From contig CAJWCD010000069.1 in NCBI GenBank assembly GCA_913020725.1, positions 1 to 19,223 of the forward strand: a DNA stretch of 19,223 nt, in the 5' to 3' direction. Shown here piece after piece: positions 9,081 through 17,335 of the stretch; positions within the stretch are counted from its first letter, which is position 1, and each line of letters begins with the position of its first letter. The notes beneath the pieces are model-generated. The model was given only the letters and a program-made list of their open reading frames with translations. It had not been told where the DNA came from and did not search any database. This DNA is from an uncultured Pseudomonadota bacterium (GTDB lineage Bacteria; SAR324; NAC60-12). Position numbers and translations under genes: made by a program.

Positions 9081-10054
9081 TGCCCCGGAGTCCCAAGCAG
9101 ATCGCCTATGCCTTGCTGCTCTTGGCTCTCGGATTGGTTCCGGTGATTGCCGGATGGCTCGACGAGCCATTCTACACGGTCCTCTTCTCCCGGATGGTGA
9201 TTCTCTCGATTGGTGCCCTGAGCCTCAACCTCATCCTTGGCTATGGGGGCATGGTGAGTTTTGGCCACGCAGTCTATCTTGGAGTGGGGGCGTATGTGGT
9301 CGGCATCGGCACCGTTCACGCCGTCGAGGACGGGATTGAATGGTTGGGTTCTGGACTTGTCCACTTCGCCATCGCCATCGCAGGTTCGGCGGCATTGGCT
9401 CTGATCTTCGGGTTGATCGCGCTACGCACACGAGGGGTGTACTTCATCATGCTCACCCTTGCGCTTGCACAAATGGTCTACTTTGTCATGGTCGGCAACG
9501 ATCGCTACTACGGCGATGACGGGCTTCCCCTCTACATGCGCAGTGAACTTCTGGGACTGGATCTCTCCAACGATAACACGCTGTATTATCTCAATTTCGC
9601 CTGTCTGCTTGCTTGTCTGTTCCTGATGCACCGCATTGTGCGTTCGCGCTTTGGCATGGTGATCCGGGGCACGAAATCGAATGAGACGCGCATGCAGTCC
9701 ATCGGCTTCCCAGTCTTCCGCTACCGTCTCACCGCCTTTGTGATTTCCGGAGCGATGGCGGGACTCGCAGGGGTGCTGCTCGCCAACCAGACGGATTTTG
9801 TGAGTCCGGCCATGATGCATTGGACACGTTCGGGTGAACTCATCTTCATGGTTGTGCTTGGTGGCATGGGCACCTTGTTCGGACCCGTGCTTGGCTCGGT
9901 TGGTTTTCTGCTGCTTGAAGAAATCCTCTCCGAATATACAGAGCATTGGCAGGTGATTTTCGGACCACTGCTTGTCCTCATCGTCCTCTTCGCCCGTGGT
10001 GGGCTGGACGCTTTTCTGGATCGGCTGGATGGATACCAAACTGAGCGTAAATAA
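9077..10054 (+). CDS. livM: Branched-chain-type ABC permease (LivM-like)
   Basis: LNLILGYGGMVSFGHA, GVYFIMLTLA and MVVLGGMGT; ATGA overlap with livH. Confidence 0.92.
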   Translation: MMPRSPKQIAYALLLLALGLVPVIAGWLDEPFYTVLFSRMVILSIGALSLNLILGYGGMVSFGHAVYLGVGAYVVGIGTVHAVEDGIEWLGSGLVHFAIAIAGSAALALIFGLIALRTRGVYFIMLTLALAQMVYFVMVGNDRYYGDDGLPLYMRSELLGLDLSNDNTLYYLNFACLLACLFLMHRIVRSRFGMVIRGTKSNETRMQSIGFPVFRYRLTAFVISGAMAGLAGVLLANQTDFVSPAMMHWTRSGELIFMVVLGGMGTLFGPVLGSVGFLLLEEILSEYTEHWQVIFGPLLVLIVLFARGGLDAFLDRLDGYQTERK

Positions 10055-10081
10055 ATCAGAAACGGGGAAAGGGGGAAAACC

Positions 10082-11005
10082 GTGTTAAAACGGAAATCTG
10101 CAGACACCAATTCCGCAACAGCCAAGGAAGCAATCCTGAGCTATTGCCTGAAGAAGGGGGCGTTGGTCGCCGGGGTTGCCGATCTTGATGCGATTGAACG
10201 CATTGCACCACCGGGGCACAGACCTAGTGATCTGATGCCACGAGTGAAGTCGGTGATCTCGCTTGGAGTTGGAGGACAAACACAGGGAGCTTGGACCGTG
10301 CCGGCCAAGGCACTGGCCTACTTTGGCAGCACGGAGGTGCGTGCTTACACCATCGCTTACGGTTTGGCGTTCATGATCGAGAGCCGCTTCGGAACGCGCA
10401 GCGTCTATTGCCCGCCGGATTTGGATAACGAGGAAGGTCCCAGGGTGCCTCTGCAAAGCCTCAAACTGCATGCCGAACTCGCGGGGATTGGTGCGCGCTC
10501 ACTTGCAGGCGACATCCTGCTCCATCCAGAGTTCGGTTATCTGTACTTTGCCTCGGTGTTCACCGAGTTGGCATTGCCGCCCGATCAACCGCTTACCGAG
10601 AACCCGTGTCCCGCTCCGTCTTGTGTGGACATGTACAACAAAATCGGCAAGACGCCGTGCATGAAGTTTTGCCCAGTGCAATGTTTGTCCGGTGAAATCG
10701 ATGCCGACGGCAATCAGGTGGAGATGCGCTATGAGATGGCCAAATGTGCCGAAGTCTCGGAGCAGTACGAAGCCCTGCCACGGATTCTCGGCGATGCGAT
10801 GGTGGCACAGAGCAACGGCCAGCGGGAAGAAATCCTCAATGACCTGGATCACTCCATGTACTGGTACAAGATGTCTGTGGGTTCAGGTGGATTATTAGGA
10901 CAGTGCTTTGAATGCATGCGTGTCTGTCCCATCGCCACGCAAGCACCGAGCGCGGACCCACTGGTGCGCGGCGCAGCGAAGCGTGCAGAACAGGAAAAGC
11001 CATGA
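10082..11005 (+). CDS. QueG/reductive-dehalogenase-like double [4Fe-4S] protein (possibly cobalamin-binding)
   Basis: SLKLHAELAGIG...ILLHPEFG..YFASVFTELALPPDQP resembles the QueG/RdhA core. Cys sets are CPAPSC..CMKFCP and KC...CFECMRVCP. No Tat signal is visible. Confidence 0.72.
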   Translation: MLKRKSADTNSATAKEAILSYCLKKGALVAGVADLDAIERIAPPGHRPSDLMPRVKSVISLGVGGQTQGAWTVPAKALAYFGSTEVRAYTIAYGLAFMIESRFGTRSVYCPPDLDNEEGPRVPLQSLKLHAELAGIGARSLAGDILLHPEFGYLYFASVFTELALPPDQPLTENPCPAPSCVDMYNKIGKTPCMKFCPVQCLSGEIDADGNQVEMRYEMAKCAEVSEQYEALPRILGDAMVAQSNGQREEILNDLDHSMYWYKMSVGSGGLLGQCFECMRVCPIATQAPSADPLVRGAAKRAEQEKP

Positions 11006-12969
11006 CCCGTGGTTTGACACGTCGGCAAATCGGAGTCAGCGAGGCGCTGATTGAAAGCTTTGGAGATTTCATTTTCCAGCTCAGCCACAATCACCAAGTG
11101 CGGCATGGTGATCCAATCCGGATGAAGGACTTCGACGCCATTGAGGAACAGCGGGCTGCATTAGGGATGTCAGACATTGAAATCGCGGGTCGTCTTGGCC
11201 TGAGCAAGGATCAGGTGACGGCGGTGCGCAACATTGTTGAGCGGCGTAAATTACGGATCAACTCCCATTTGCGACTGAACGATTTGGGGGGCGGCCGACG
11301 CTTTCGTGCCGAGCGTTTCACGCCTCATGAGGAGAGACCGACCTACACGGAGGACGCAATGACCCTTAAAGATGCTATGATTTTTGACGCTGATCGGACT
11401 CAGAAGTACATCGAGCAGGGCTGGTGGAATGGCGAAACCTTGCGTAGCTTGCTGGAGCGTAATGCCGCAGAACGTCCGGAGGCTCCAGCCATCATCGTAG
11501 CAGAAAAAACATTTACTTACCCTGAATTGGTCGAGAAAGTACGGCGGCTGGCGGCGGGTCTGCATGGACTGGGTATCAGGCGTGGAGACGTGGTCGGGGT
11601 GCAGTTGCCAAACACCATGGATTATTTGGTCGCCTACTTCGCCATCACTTGGCTCGGAGGGGTCATGACCACGGTTTACCTGCCCTACCGTGAAAAGGAG
11701 ACCGAAACCTTGCTTGACCACAGCCGTGCCCGTGCCTTCATCTGTCCGGCAGACATCAATGGCTACGGTGCAGCCGCTGCTGCGCAGGCCATGTGTACAC
11801 GACTTTCTGAGCTGAAACATGTGATTGTCAGGGGGGCTGCGGTTCCGGGCTGTGTCTCGTTCTCAGAGATTGCAGCAAGCGCCCCTCTTGAGACGAACGT
11901 GGATGCTCCCGTTGGTGCAGACCCTTTCCTGCTGCTCTACACTTCAGGCACCACAGCAAACCCCAAAGGGGTTCCGCAGTCCTACCAAACCATGCTGAGC
12001 AACGCTCGTTTGGGTGCCCCGGAACATGGTTTTACCGCCAATGACTGCCTGATGTCTGCGGCACCGTTTGGCCACCTGTTTTCTCTCTACAGTGTCCACT
12101 TGGCCCTGACTGTGGGGGGCACGGTCGCGCTGTTGCCAATCTTCAGTCCTCCTGATCTGATGCAAGCCATCGAGAGGCTGAAACCAACCGGGCTGTTCGC
12201 GGCCCCGGCACACATCGCCGCTTGTCTTGGCGCGGGTCTGTTTGACCGCCATGACGCTTCATCATTAAGGATGGCCATCCTGTCGGGGAGTCCTGTGCAA
12301 CCGAAGATGGCACAGGCGTTTGCCAAAAAACTTCCAGACACGGTGATCATCCAACTCTGGGGCATGACCGAAACTCAGGCGGGGCTCTACACTCGTCCGG
12401 ATGACCCCATCGAGGTCGCGGCTCGTTGTGCCGGTCGTTCCAGTCCGGGGGCACAGGCGCGTATCTCAGATGCAGACGGCACCGAGTTACCTTGGGGAGA
12501 AGAAGGGGAATTGCAGGTGTGTGGTTGTCATTTGTTTCCGGGTTACTTCAAGAACGAGGAAGCCAACCACAACGCCTTCACCTCTGACGGCTGGTTCCGT
12601 ACTGGAGATCTTGCGACCATGGACTCCGATGGCAACGTTTCCATCACCGGGAGAATCAAGGACATCATCAACCGGGGGGGGATTAAGTACAACCCCCGTG
12701 ATGTTGAAGAACTGCTCGACCGCCATCCAAAGCTCGGACAATCGGCCATTGTTCCTGTCCCTGATGAGGTGTTGGGGGAGCGGGCCTGTGTTTTCGTGAC
12801 GCTGGCTGGTGAGGAGGACGTCACGTTGCAGGAACTCTGTGACTACCTGCTGGAGAACAAGATCACAAAACTGAAACTGCCCGAACGTCTGGAGGTTATC
12901 GAGGAAATGCCACTGACCGCGACCCGCAAGATCATCAAGGGACGTTTGCAACCGAAAACGGCCGACTGA
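11002..12969 (+). CDS. Acyl/aryl-CoA ligase (AliA/EntE-like) with an N-terminal HTH-like extension
   Basis: Start reassigned to ATG 11002 (ATGA overlap with the upstream gene), giving 655 aa. Motifs YTSGTTANPKG, WGMTE, WFRTGD, GRIKD.INRGG and TATRKI. About 125 extra N-terminal residues include GMSDIEIAGRLGLSKDQV. Confidence 0.88.
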   Translation: MTRGLTRRQIGVSEALIESFGDFIFQLSHNHQVRHGDPIRMKDFDAIEEQRAALGMSDIEIAGRLGLSKDQVTAVRNIVERRKLRINSHLRLNDLGGGRRFRAERFTPHEERPTYTEDAMTLKDAMIFDADRTQKYIEQGWWNGETLRSLLERNAAERPEAPAIIVAEKTFTYPELVEKVRRLAAGLHGLGIRRGDVVGVQLPNTMDYLVAYFAITWLGGVMTTVYLPYREKETETLLDHSRARAFICPADINGYGAAAAAQAMCTRLSELKHVIVRGAAVPGCVSFSEIAASAPLETNVDAPVGADPFLLLYTSGTTANPKGVPQSYQTMLSNARLGAPEHGFTANDCLMSAAPFGHLFSLYSVHLALTVGGTVALLPIFSPPDLMQAIERLKPTGLFAAPAHIAACLGAGLFDRHDASSLRMAILSGSPVQPKMAQAFAKKLPDTVIIQLWGMTETQAGLYTRPDDPIEVAARCAGRSSPGAQARISDADGTELPWGEEGELQVCGCHLFPGYFKNEEANHNAFTSDGWFRTGDLATMDSDGNVSITGRIKDIINRGGIKYNPRDVEELLDRHPKLGQSAIVPVPDEVLGERACVFVTLAGEEDVTLQELCDYLLENKITKLKLPERLEVIEEMPLTATRKIIKGRLQPKTAD

Positions 12970-13715
12970 TGCTGCAAGTCCGGGATCTCTACAAGCATTT
13001 TGGTGGCGTGGTCGCTATCGATCATCTTGATTTGGAGGTGACGCCGGGCGAGGTCCATGCGCTGATTGGCCCGAACGGTGCGGGCAAAACCACACTGATC
13101 GGCCAACTCACCGGGCTGGTGTCGCCGGATTCCGGAACCATCCGCTTTGCTGGCAAAGACCTCACCGCGCTCCCGGTGCATGTGCGTTCCGGACTGGGTT
13201 TGGCGCGTTCCTTTCAGGTCACAAGCCTCTTCCTCGACCTCACAGTTCTCGACAACGTTGCGCTCGCGGTGCAGGCCCATGCGGGGCACAGCTTCCGGTT
13301 TTGGAAGAATGCCCGCAGCGAAAGCGTCCTGCGCGATCCGGCCCGCAAGGTGCTGGCGCAGGTGGGGTTGTCTGAACTGAAAGACGAAATCGCCGGGGTG
13401 TTGGCCCACGGTCAGCAGCGGCAACTGGAAATCGCCATGGCCCTTGCGACCAATCCAAAACTGCTCCTGCTGGATGAACCGATGGCTGGAATGGGATCCG
13501 AAGAATCGGCGGCAATGGTGAACCTGCTGCGCAACCTCAAAGGCGGCGTGACCATGCTGTTGGTCGAACACGACATGGATGCTGTCTTTGCGCTCGCTGA
13601 TCGCATCACCGTGCTGGTGTATGGACGCGCCATCGCCACCGGAACCCCTGACGCCATCCGCCAAAACCCGGAAGTCCGGGCGGCGTACCTTGGGGAGGAT
13701 TCCGCAGCAGTGTAA
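12969..13715 (+). CDS. livG: ABC transporter ATP-binding protein (LivG-like)
   Basis: Walker A GPNGAGKTT, LLLLDEP, and EHDM..V...AYLG; TGATG overlap with the ligase. Confidence 0.93.
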   Translation: MLQVRDLYKHFGGVVAIDHLDLEVTPGEVHALIGPNGAGKTTLIGQLTGLVSPDSGTIRFAGKDLTALPVHVRSGLGLARSFQVTSLFLDLTVLDNVALAVQAHAGHSFRFWKNARSESVLRDPARKVLAQVGLSELKDEIAGVLAHGQQRQLEIAMALATNPKLLLLDEPMAGMGSEESAAMVNLLRNLKGGVTMLLVEHDMDAVFALADRITVLVYGRAIATGTPDAIRQNPEVRAAYLGEDSAAV

Positions 13716-13741
13716 ACGAGAGATCACACAGCAAAATGCGT

Positions 13742-13770
13742 TTGACCCGTGTAACCTTTCAGGTTACATT
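13742..13770 (+). promoter_or_regulatory. higBA promoter with operator palindrome
   Basis: TTGACC (13742-13747), 17-nt spacer, TACATT (13765-13770). A perfect inverted repeat TGTAACCT-ttc-AGGTTACA lies at 13750-13768. Confidence 0.75.
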
Positions 13771-13776
13771 CACCGT

Positions 13777-14055
13777 ATGATTTGATCCTTCAGGCACAAA
13801 GGACTCGAAACCTTCTTCCGTTCCGGGAGCAAGAAAGGGATTCTCGCAGAACACGCCAACAGGCTTGCGAGAATTTTGGATCGCCTTGATGCCGCTCAGG
13901 AATTTCGAGACATGAGCTATCCCGGCTCCGGTCTTTACCCGCTAAGTGGAGACAAGAAAGGGCAGTATGCCGTCAAGATCTCCGGCAACTGGAGAGTATT
14001 CTTTGAGTTCAGTGACGGCGATGCCTTGCTGGTTGATTATGACGACGACCACTGA
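13777..14055 (+). pseudogene. higB: HigB (RelE-family) toxin with an in-frame stop at codon 3
   Basis: Manual translation (92 codons): MI*SFRHKGLETFFRSGSKKGILAEHANRLARILDRLDAAQEFRDMSYPGSGLYPLSGDKKGQYAVKISGNWRVFFEFSDGDALLVDYDDDH*. It is missing from the ORF track. Confidence 0.9.
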
Positions 14056-14064
14056 GAGTGACTG

Positions 14065-14388
14065 ATGCAGCAACAAACGAGACAACCCACCCATCCGGGA
14101 ACAATCCTCAAGGAGGATTACCTCCTCCCGCTTTCCCTGACGCTGACAGAGTTGTCGGGACGACTCAACGTTTCCCGCAAAACGCTCTCCAAGATCGTCA
14201 ACCGGAAAGGCTCGGTGACTCCGGAAATGGCCCTACGTCTAGCCCGTGTTTTCGACACGACCCCTCAGCTTTGGATGAATTTGCAGGGCAAGTATGACTT
14301 GTGGCAGGCTGAGTATGGCTCAGAGGCTTGGCAGGTGGTAGAACGGCTTCCTGCTCGAATTCTGCACTCGGACGTGGTTGGAGCATGA
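14065..14388 (+). CDS. higA: HigA antitoxin (Xre HTH)
   Basis: PTHPGTILKEDYL...LNVSRKTLSKIVN...TPEMALRLARVF.TTPQLWMNLQ..YDLW. Confidence 0.92.
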   Translation: MQQQTRQPTHPGTILKEDYLLPLSLTLTELSGRLNVSRKTLSKIVNRKGSVTPEMALRLARVFDTTPQLWMNLQGKYDLWQAEYGSEAWQVVERLPARILHSDVVGA

Positions 14389-14421
14389 TTTTCGGCGAGA
14401 CCGTTTTAGCAAGTAGCGGAC

Positions 14422-15123
14422 ATGCTTGAACTGTGCGGGCTGGAAGCGGCCTACGGGCGCAGTCAGGTGCTGTTTGGAGTGGACCTGCATGTTGGCACCG
14501 GGGAGGTGGTCACTTTGCTCGGACGCAACGGCATGGGCAAGACGACAACGATCCACACCCTGCTTGGGCTGGTTCCGGCCAAGTCCGGAACGGTGCGCTT
14601 CCGGGATCAGGACGTAAGCGGCTGGCCGGAGTATCGCATCGCGCAGGCTGGGATCGGTTTGGTTCCGGAAGGTCGACAGGTCTTCCCCAACCTCAGTGTG
14701 CGCGAAAACCTTGTGGCGACGGCGGCGAACCGCGCCGGGTTCGCGGATCCGTGGACCCTGAAACGTGTGCTGTCACTCTTTCCGCGACTGGCCGAGCGGG
14801 TGGAGAACATGGGCAACCAGCTTTCCGGAGGAGAGCAGCAGATGCTCGCCATTGGACGCGCCCTCATGACCAACCCCCGCCTGCTCATTCTTGACGAGGC
14901 CACCGAGGGTCTCGCCCCGCTCATCCGCGCCGAAATCTGGACCTGCCTCCAGCAACTCAAGACCTCCGGACTCTCGATCCTGCTTGTTGATAAAAATCTC
15001 GACACCCTCCTGCGCATCGCCGATCGGCACCACATCCTCGAAAAGGGGCGTGTCGTTTGGAATGGCGACTCCGACGCGCTCCGGGCCGACAAAGCCCTCC
15101 AGCATCGACACCTTGGGGTTTGA
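14422..15123 (+). CDS. livF: ABC transporter ATP-binding protein (LivF-like)
   Basis: GRNGMGKTT, VPEGRQVF, LSGGEQQMLAIGRALM and LDEATEGLAP. Confidence 0.93.
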   Translation: MLELCGLEAAYGRSQVLFGVDLHVGTGEVVTLLGRNGMGKTTTIHTLLGLVPAKSGTVRFRDQDVSGWPEYRIAQAGIGLVPEGRQVFPNLSVRENLVATAANRAGFADPWTLKRVLSLFPRLAERVENMGNQLSGGEQQMLAIGRALMTNPRLLILDEATEGLAPLIRAEIWTCLQQLKTSGLSILLVDKNLDTLLRIADRHHILEKGRVVWNGDSDALRADKALQHRHLGV

Positions 15124-15232
15124 CCTCTTTTCACGTTAGGGGTTGCTTTACGAGCAAGATGTCGCTAGGTTTTCCTGAAGAACACTAGCTGAGAAAAGTT
15201 CGAGTGCGAAATCTTCGCTTGACGGCGACTCG

Positions 15233-16102
15233 TCAGGAATCCGTGAACGACCGCAGGATGCGCTGAAGTTGGGCGGCGTCCTTGGCGACGGTGCAACTCT
15301 GGCGGTTGGAGGCGAGTTGGCAGAGGGTGTGGTAGAGCGGATCGCTCTTGCTGATGCCAAAGCCGATGGTGCGGATCAGCACCTGCGGGTGCTTGCGCTT
15401 GGCGGCAAGGACGTGAGGGAGTTTGATCGGCGAGAGGTCATCGTCCTGCCCATCGGCCAACACCACCACGAGCTTGCGGCGTTTTGCCCCCTTGGGCACT
15501 TGGTAGGCCGAACTGCGGAAGGAGCGGATGGCTTGGTGCAGGGCTTCGTAGAGATTGGTGCCGCCGCGGGTGTCGAGTTGGTCAATGACCTTGCTGAGGT
15601 GTCGGCGCACGGCAGAGCCGGAGGGGCCGATGGGTTCAAAGATCACCGTTGCTGAACGTGGTTTCAGAGCGGGTGAGTTCGGCTGCTGCTGGATGCGGGC
15701 GTTGAAAGTCCAGAACTGGATGCGGGTGCCCTCGCGCATGTGCTTGGCGAAATAGCGCAGCGCTTTTTTTGCGGAAGCAAGCTTGCTGAGACGCTCTCCC
15801 GGCGCGGGTGCGTCCATCGAACCGGAGGTGTCCATCACAAACAACACATCCGAAATCGAACGCTTGGGCTGCACCACAGGTTTGGGTTTTGGCTTTGGTT
15901 TTGGTTGCGGCGGTGCAGGTTTTGGTTGGAGTTTGAGTTTCGGCTGGGGTTTGGGTTGTGGCACAATGACCGCTGCGGGTGCTTGCTTTTTCGGTGGACT
16001 GCCAAAGAAATTGAAACCCTGCGCGGACACGGGTGTTTCCAAGCCGAGGATTCCCAGCAGAAATCCCAGCAGCAAAAAAAGTAAGCTGATCCGGATGTGC
16101 AA
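15233..16102 (-). CDS. Secreted VWA-domain protein with a Pro/Lys/Gln-rich linker
   Basis: TTG start with GAGG 7 nt upstream, signal peptide ending in VSA, linker PQPKPQPKLKLQPKPAPPQPKPKPKPKP, and a complete MIDAS (DTSGS..GGTNL..LADG). Confidence 0.82.
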   Translation of the reverse strand: MHIRISLLFLLLGFLLGILGLETPVSAQGFNFFGSPPKKQAPAAVIVPQPKPQPKLKLQPKPAPPQPKPKPKPKPVVQPKRSISDVLFVMDTSGSMDAPAPGERLSKLASAKKALRYFAKHMREGTRIQFWTFNARIQQQPNSPALKPRSATVIFEPIGPSGSAVRRHLSKVIDQLDTRGGTNLYEALHQAIRSFRSSAYQVPKGAKRRKLVVVLADGQDDDLSPIKLPHVLAAKRKHPQVLIRTIGFGISKSDPLYHTLCQLASNRQSCTVAKDAAQLQRILRSFTDS

Positions 16103-16123
16103 TTCTAAACCTCAGTTAAAGTG

Positions 16124-17281
16124 ATGTCGGCAACCCAATTGGTTTATCTTGACCACAACGCAACTGCGCCGCTGCTCCCGGAAGTTTGGGAGGCTCTGCA
16201 GGCGGTGGCGCCTCGTTGTCAGGGCAACCCTTCCAGTCCGCATCGCGCCGGACGCGAAGCACGGGCTGTGCTGGAGGACGCTCGTCGTCGCATTGCTGCG
16301 GAGGCCGGGGTGCCTCCCCAGAGTTTGTGCTTCACCAGCGGCGGCAGCGAGAGCAACAACGCGGTGCTCCGGCAGTTCGCTGAATCTGCAAATCCTGTGC
16401 ATCTCGTGGTTTCGGCGGTTGAGCATCCCTCCGTGCTGGAAACCGCGCGCACCCTCGCACAACGTCCCAACCTTAGCATAACCGAACTGCCCGTCAATGC
16501 ACAGGGGCTCGTGTCACCGGAATCGTTGTCTGCCGCTTTGCGTCCGGAAACCACGCTGGTCTCGGTGATGTCTGCGAACAACGAAACGGGGGCGTTGCAG
16601 CCACTTACCGAACTCGTCAGGATTTGCCAAGCACGCGGGGTGCGTTTTCATACCGATGCCACTCAAGTGTTTGGAAAACTCCCGGTGGACTGGTCCGGAG
16701 TCGATTTTGCCACAGCGACCGCGCACAAGCTCGGTGGCCCCCGTGGAATCGGGTTGCTCTATGTCCGGCCCGGAACCTCCTTCGTTCCACAGATCACAGG
16801 CGGACGACAGGAGCGGGTGCGCCGTGCTGGCACCGAGAACGACTGGCTGGCTCACGGATTTGCCGAGGCGGTGGCGTGGCATTCGCGGCATCGGGAGCAA
16901 ATGCAGGCGCAGTGGGCGGGTTTCCGGAAACGGTTGCTCGACGGACTGCAAGACGTGGACGGTTTTTTTCTCAACAGCCCGGACGCGGGATTCTGCCTCG
17001 CCCACACCCTCAACTTCGGCTTCCGGGGTTTGAGCGGGGAAAGCCTTGTGATCGCGCTTGATCTTGAAGGAATCGCGGTCTCCACCGGCTCGGCATGTTC
17101 CTCCGGCGCCTTGGAAGCCAGTCCCGTGCTGCTCGCGCAAGGGCGCAACCGCAAGGATGCCAAGGCGTCACTGCGCATCAGCTTCGGAGCCGCCACGACC
17201 GCTGCGGACGTGGCGCTGCTGCTCGCACGCCTCCGGCATCACGTCCGGCGGCTGCACTCCAAACGGACTTCCAAACCCTGA
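16124..17281 (+). CDS. iscS: Cysteine desulfurase, NifS/IscS group I
   Basis: YLDHNAT, FTSGGSESNN, SAVEHPSV, ANNETG, HTDATQ, TAHKLGGPRG (PLP Lys) and STGSACSSG (catalytic Cys). The start is GTG 16121 or ATG 16124. Confidence 0.92.
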   Translation: MSATQLVYLDHNATAPLLPEVWEALQAVAPRCQGNPSSPHRAGREARAVLEDARRRIAAEAGVPPQSLCFTSGGSESNNAVLRQFAESANPVHLVVSAVEHPSVLETARTLAQRPNLSITELPVNAQGLVSPESLSAALRPETTLVSVMSANNETGALQPLTELVRICQARGVRFHTDATQVFGKLPVDWSGVDFATATAHKLGGPRGIGLLYVRPGTSFVPQITGGRQERVRRAGTENDWLAHGFAEAVAWHSRHREQMQAQWAGFRKRLLDGLQDVDGFFLNSPDAGFCLAHTLNFGFRGLSGESLVIALDLEGIAVSTGSACSSGALEASPVLLAQGRNRKDAKASLRISFGAATTAADVALLLARLRHHVRRLHSKRTSKP

Positions 17282-17301
17282 AAAACCAAGGACAAATCCA
17301 C

Positions 17302-17330
17302 TTGCGGTGTGATTTTGTTGTGGGTACGCT
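17302..17330 (+). promoter_or_regulatory. Putative leaderless promoter of the second brnT
   Basis: TTGCGG (17302-17307), 17-nt spacer, TACGCT (17325-17330); the ATG follows 5 nt later with no SD. Confidence 0.45.
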
Positions 17331-17335
17331 GGTCC

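Noticed and set aside
13783..13785. TGA in higB as selenocysteine or alternative-code readthrough
   Set aside because: Many genes here end in TGA, the position is not a Cys or Trp site, and active-site residues are also altered.
15876..15962. Repetitive GGTTTT-like tract as a CRISPR array or VNTR
   Set aside because: It is the degenerate coding sequence of the Pro-Lys/Gln linker of the VWA protein.
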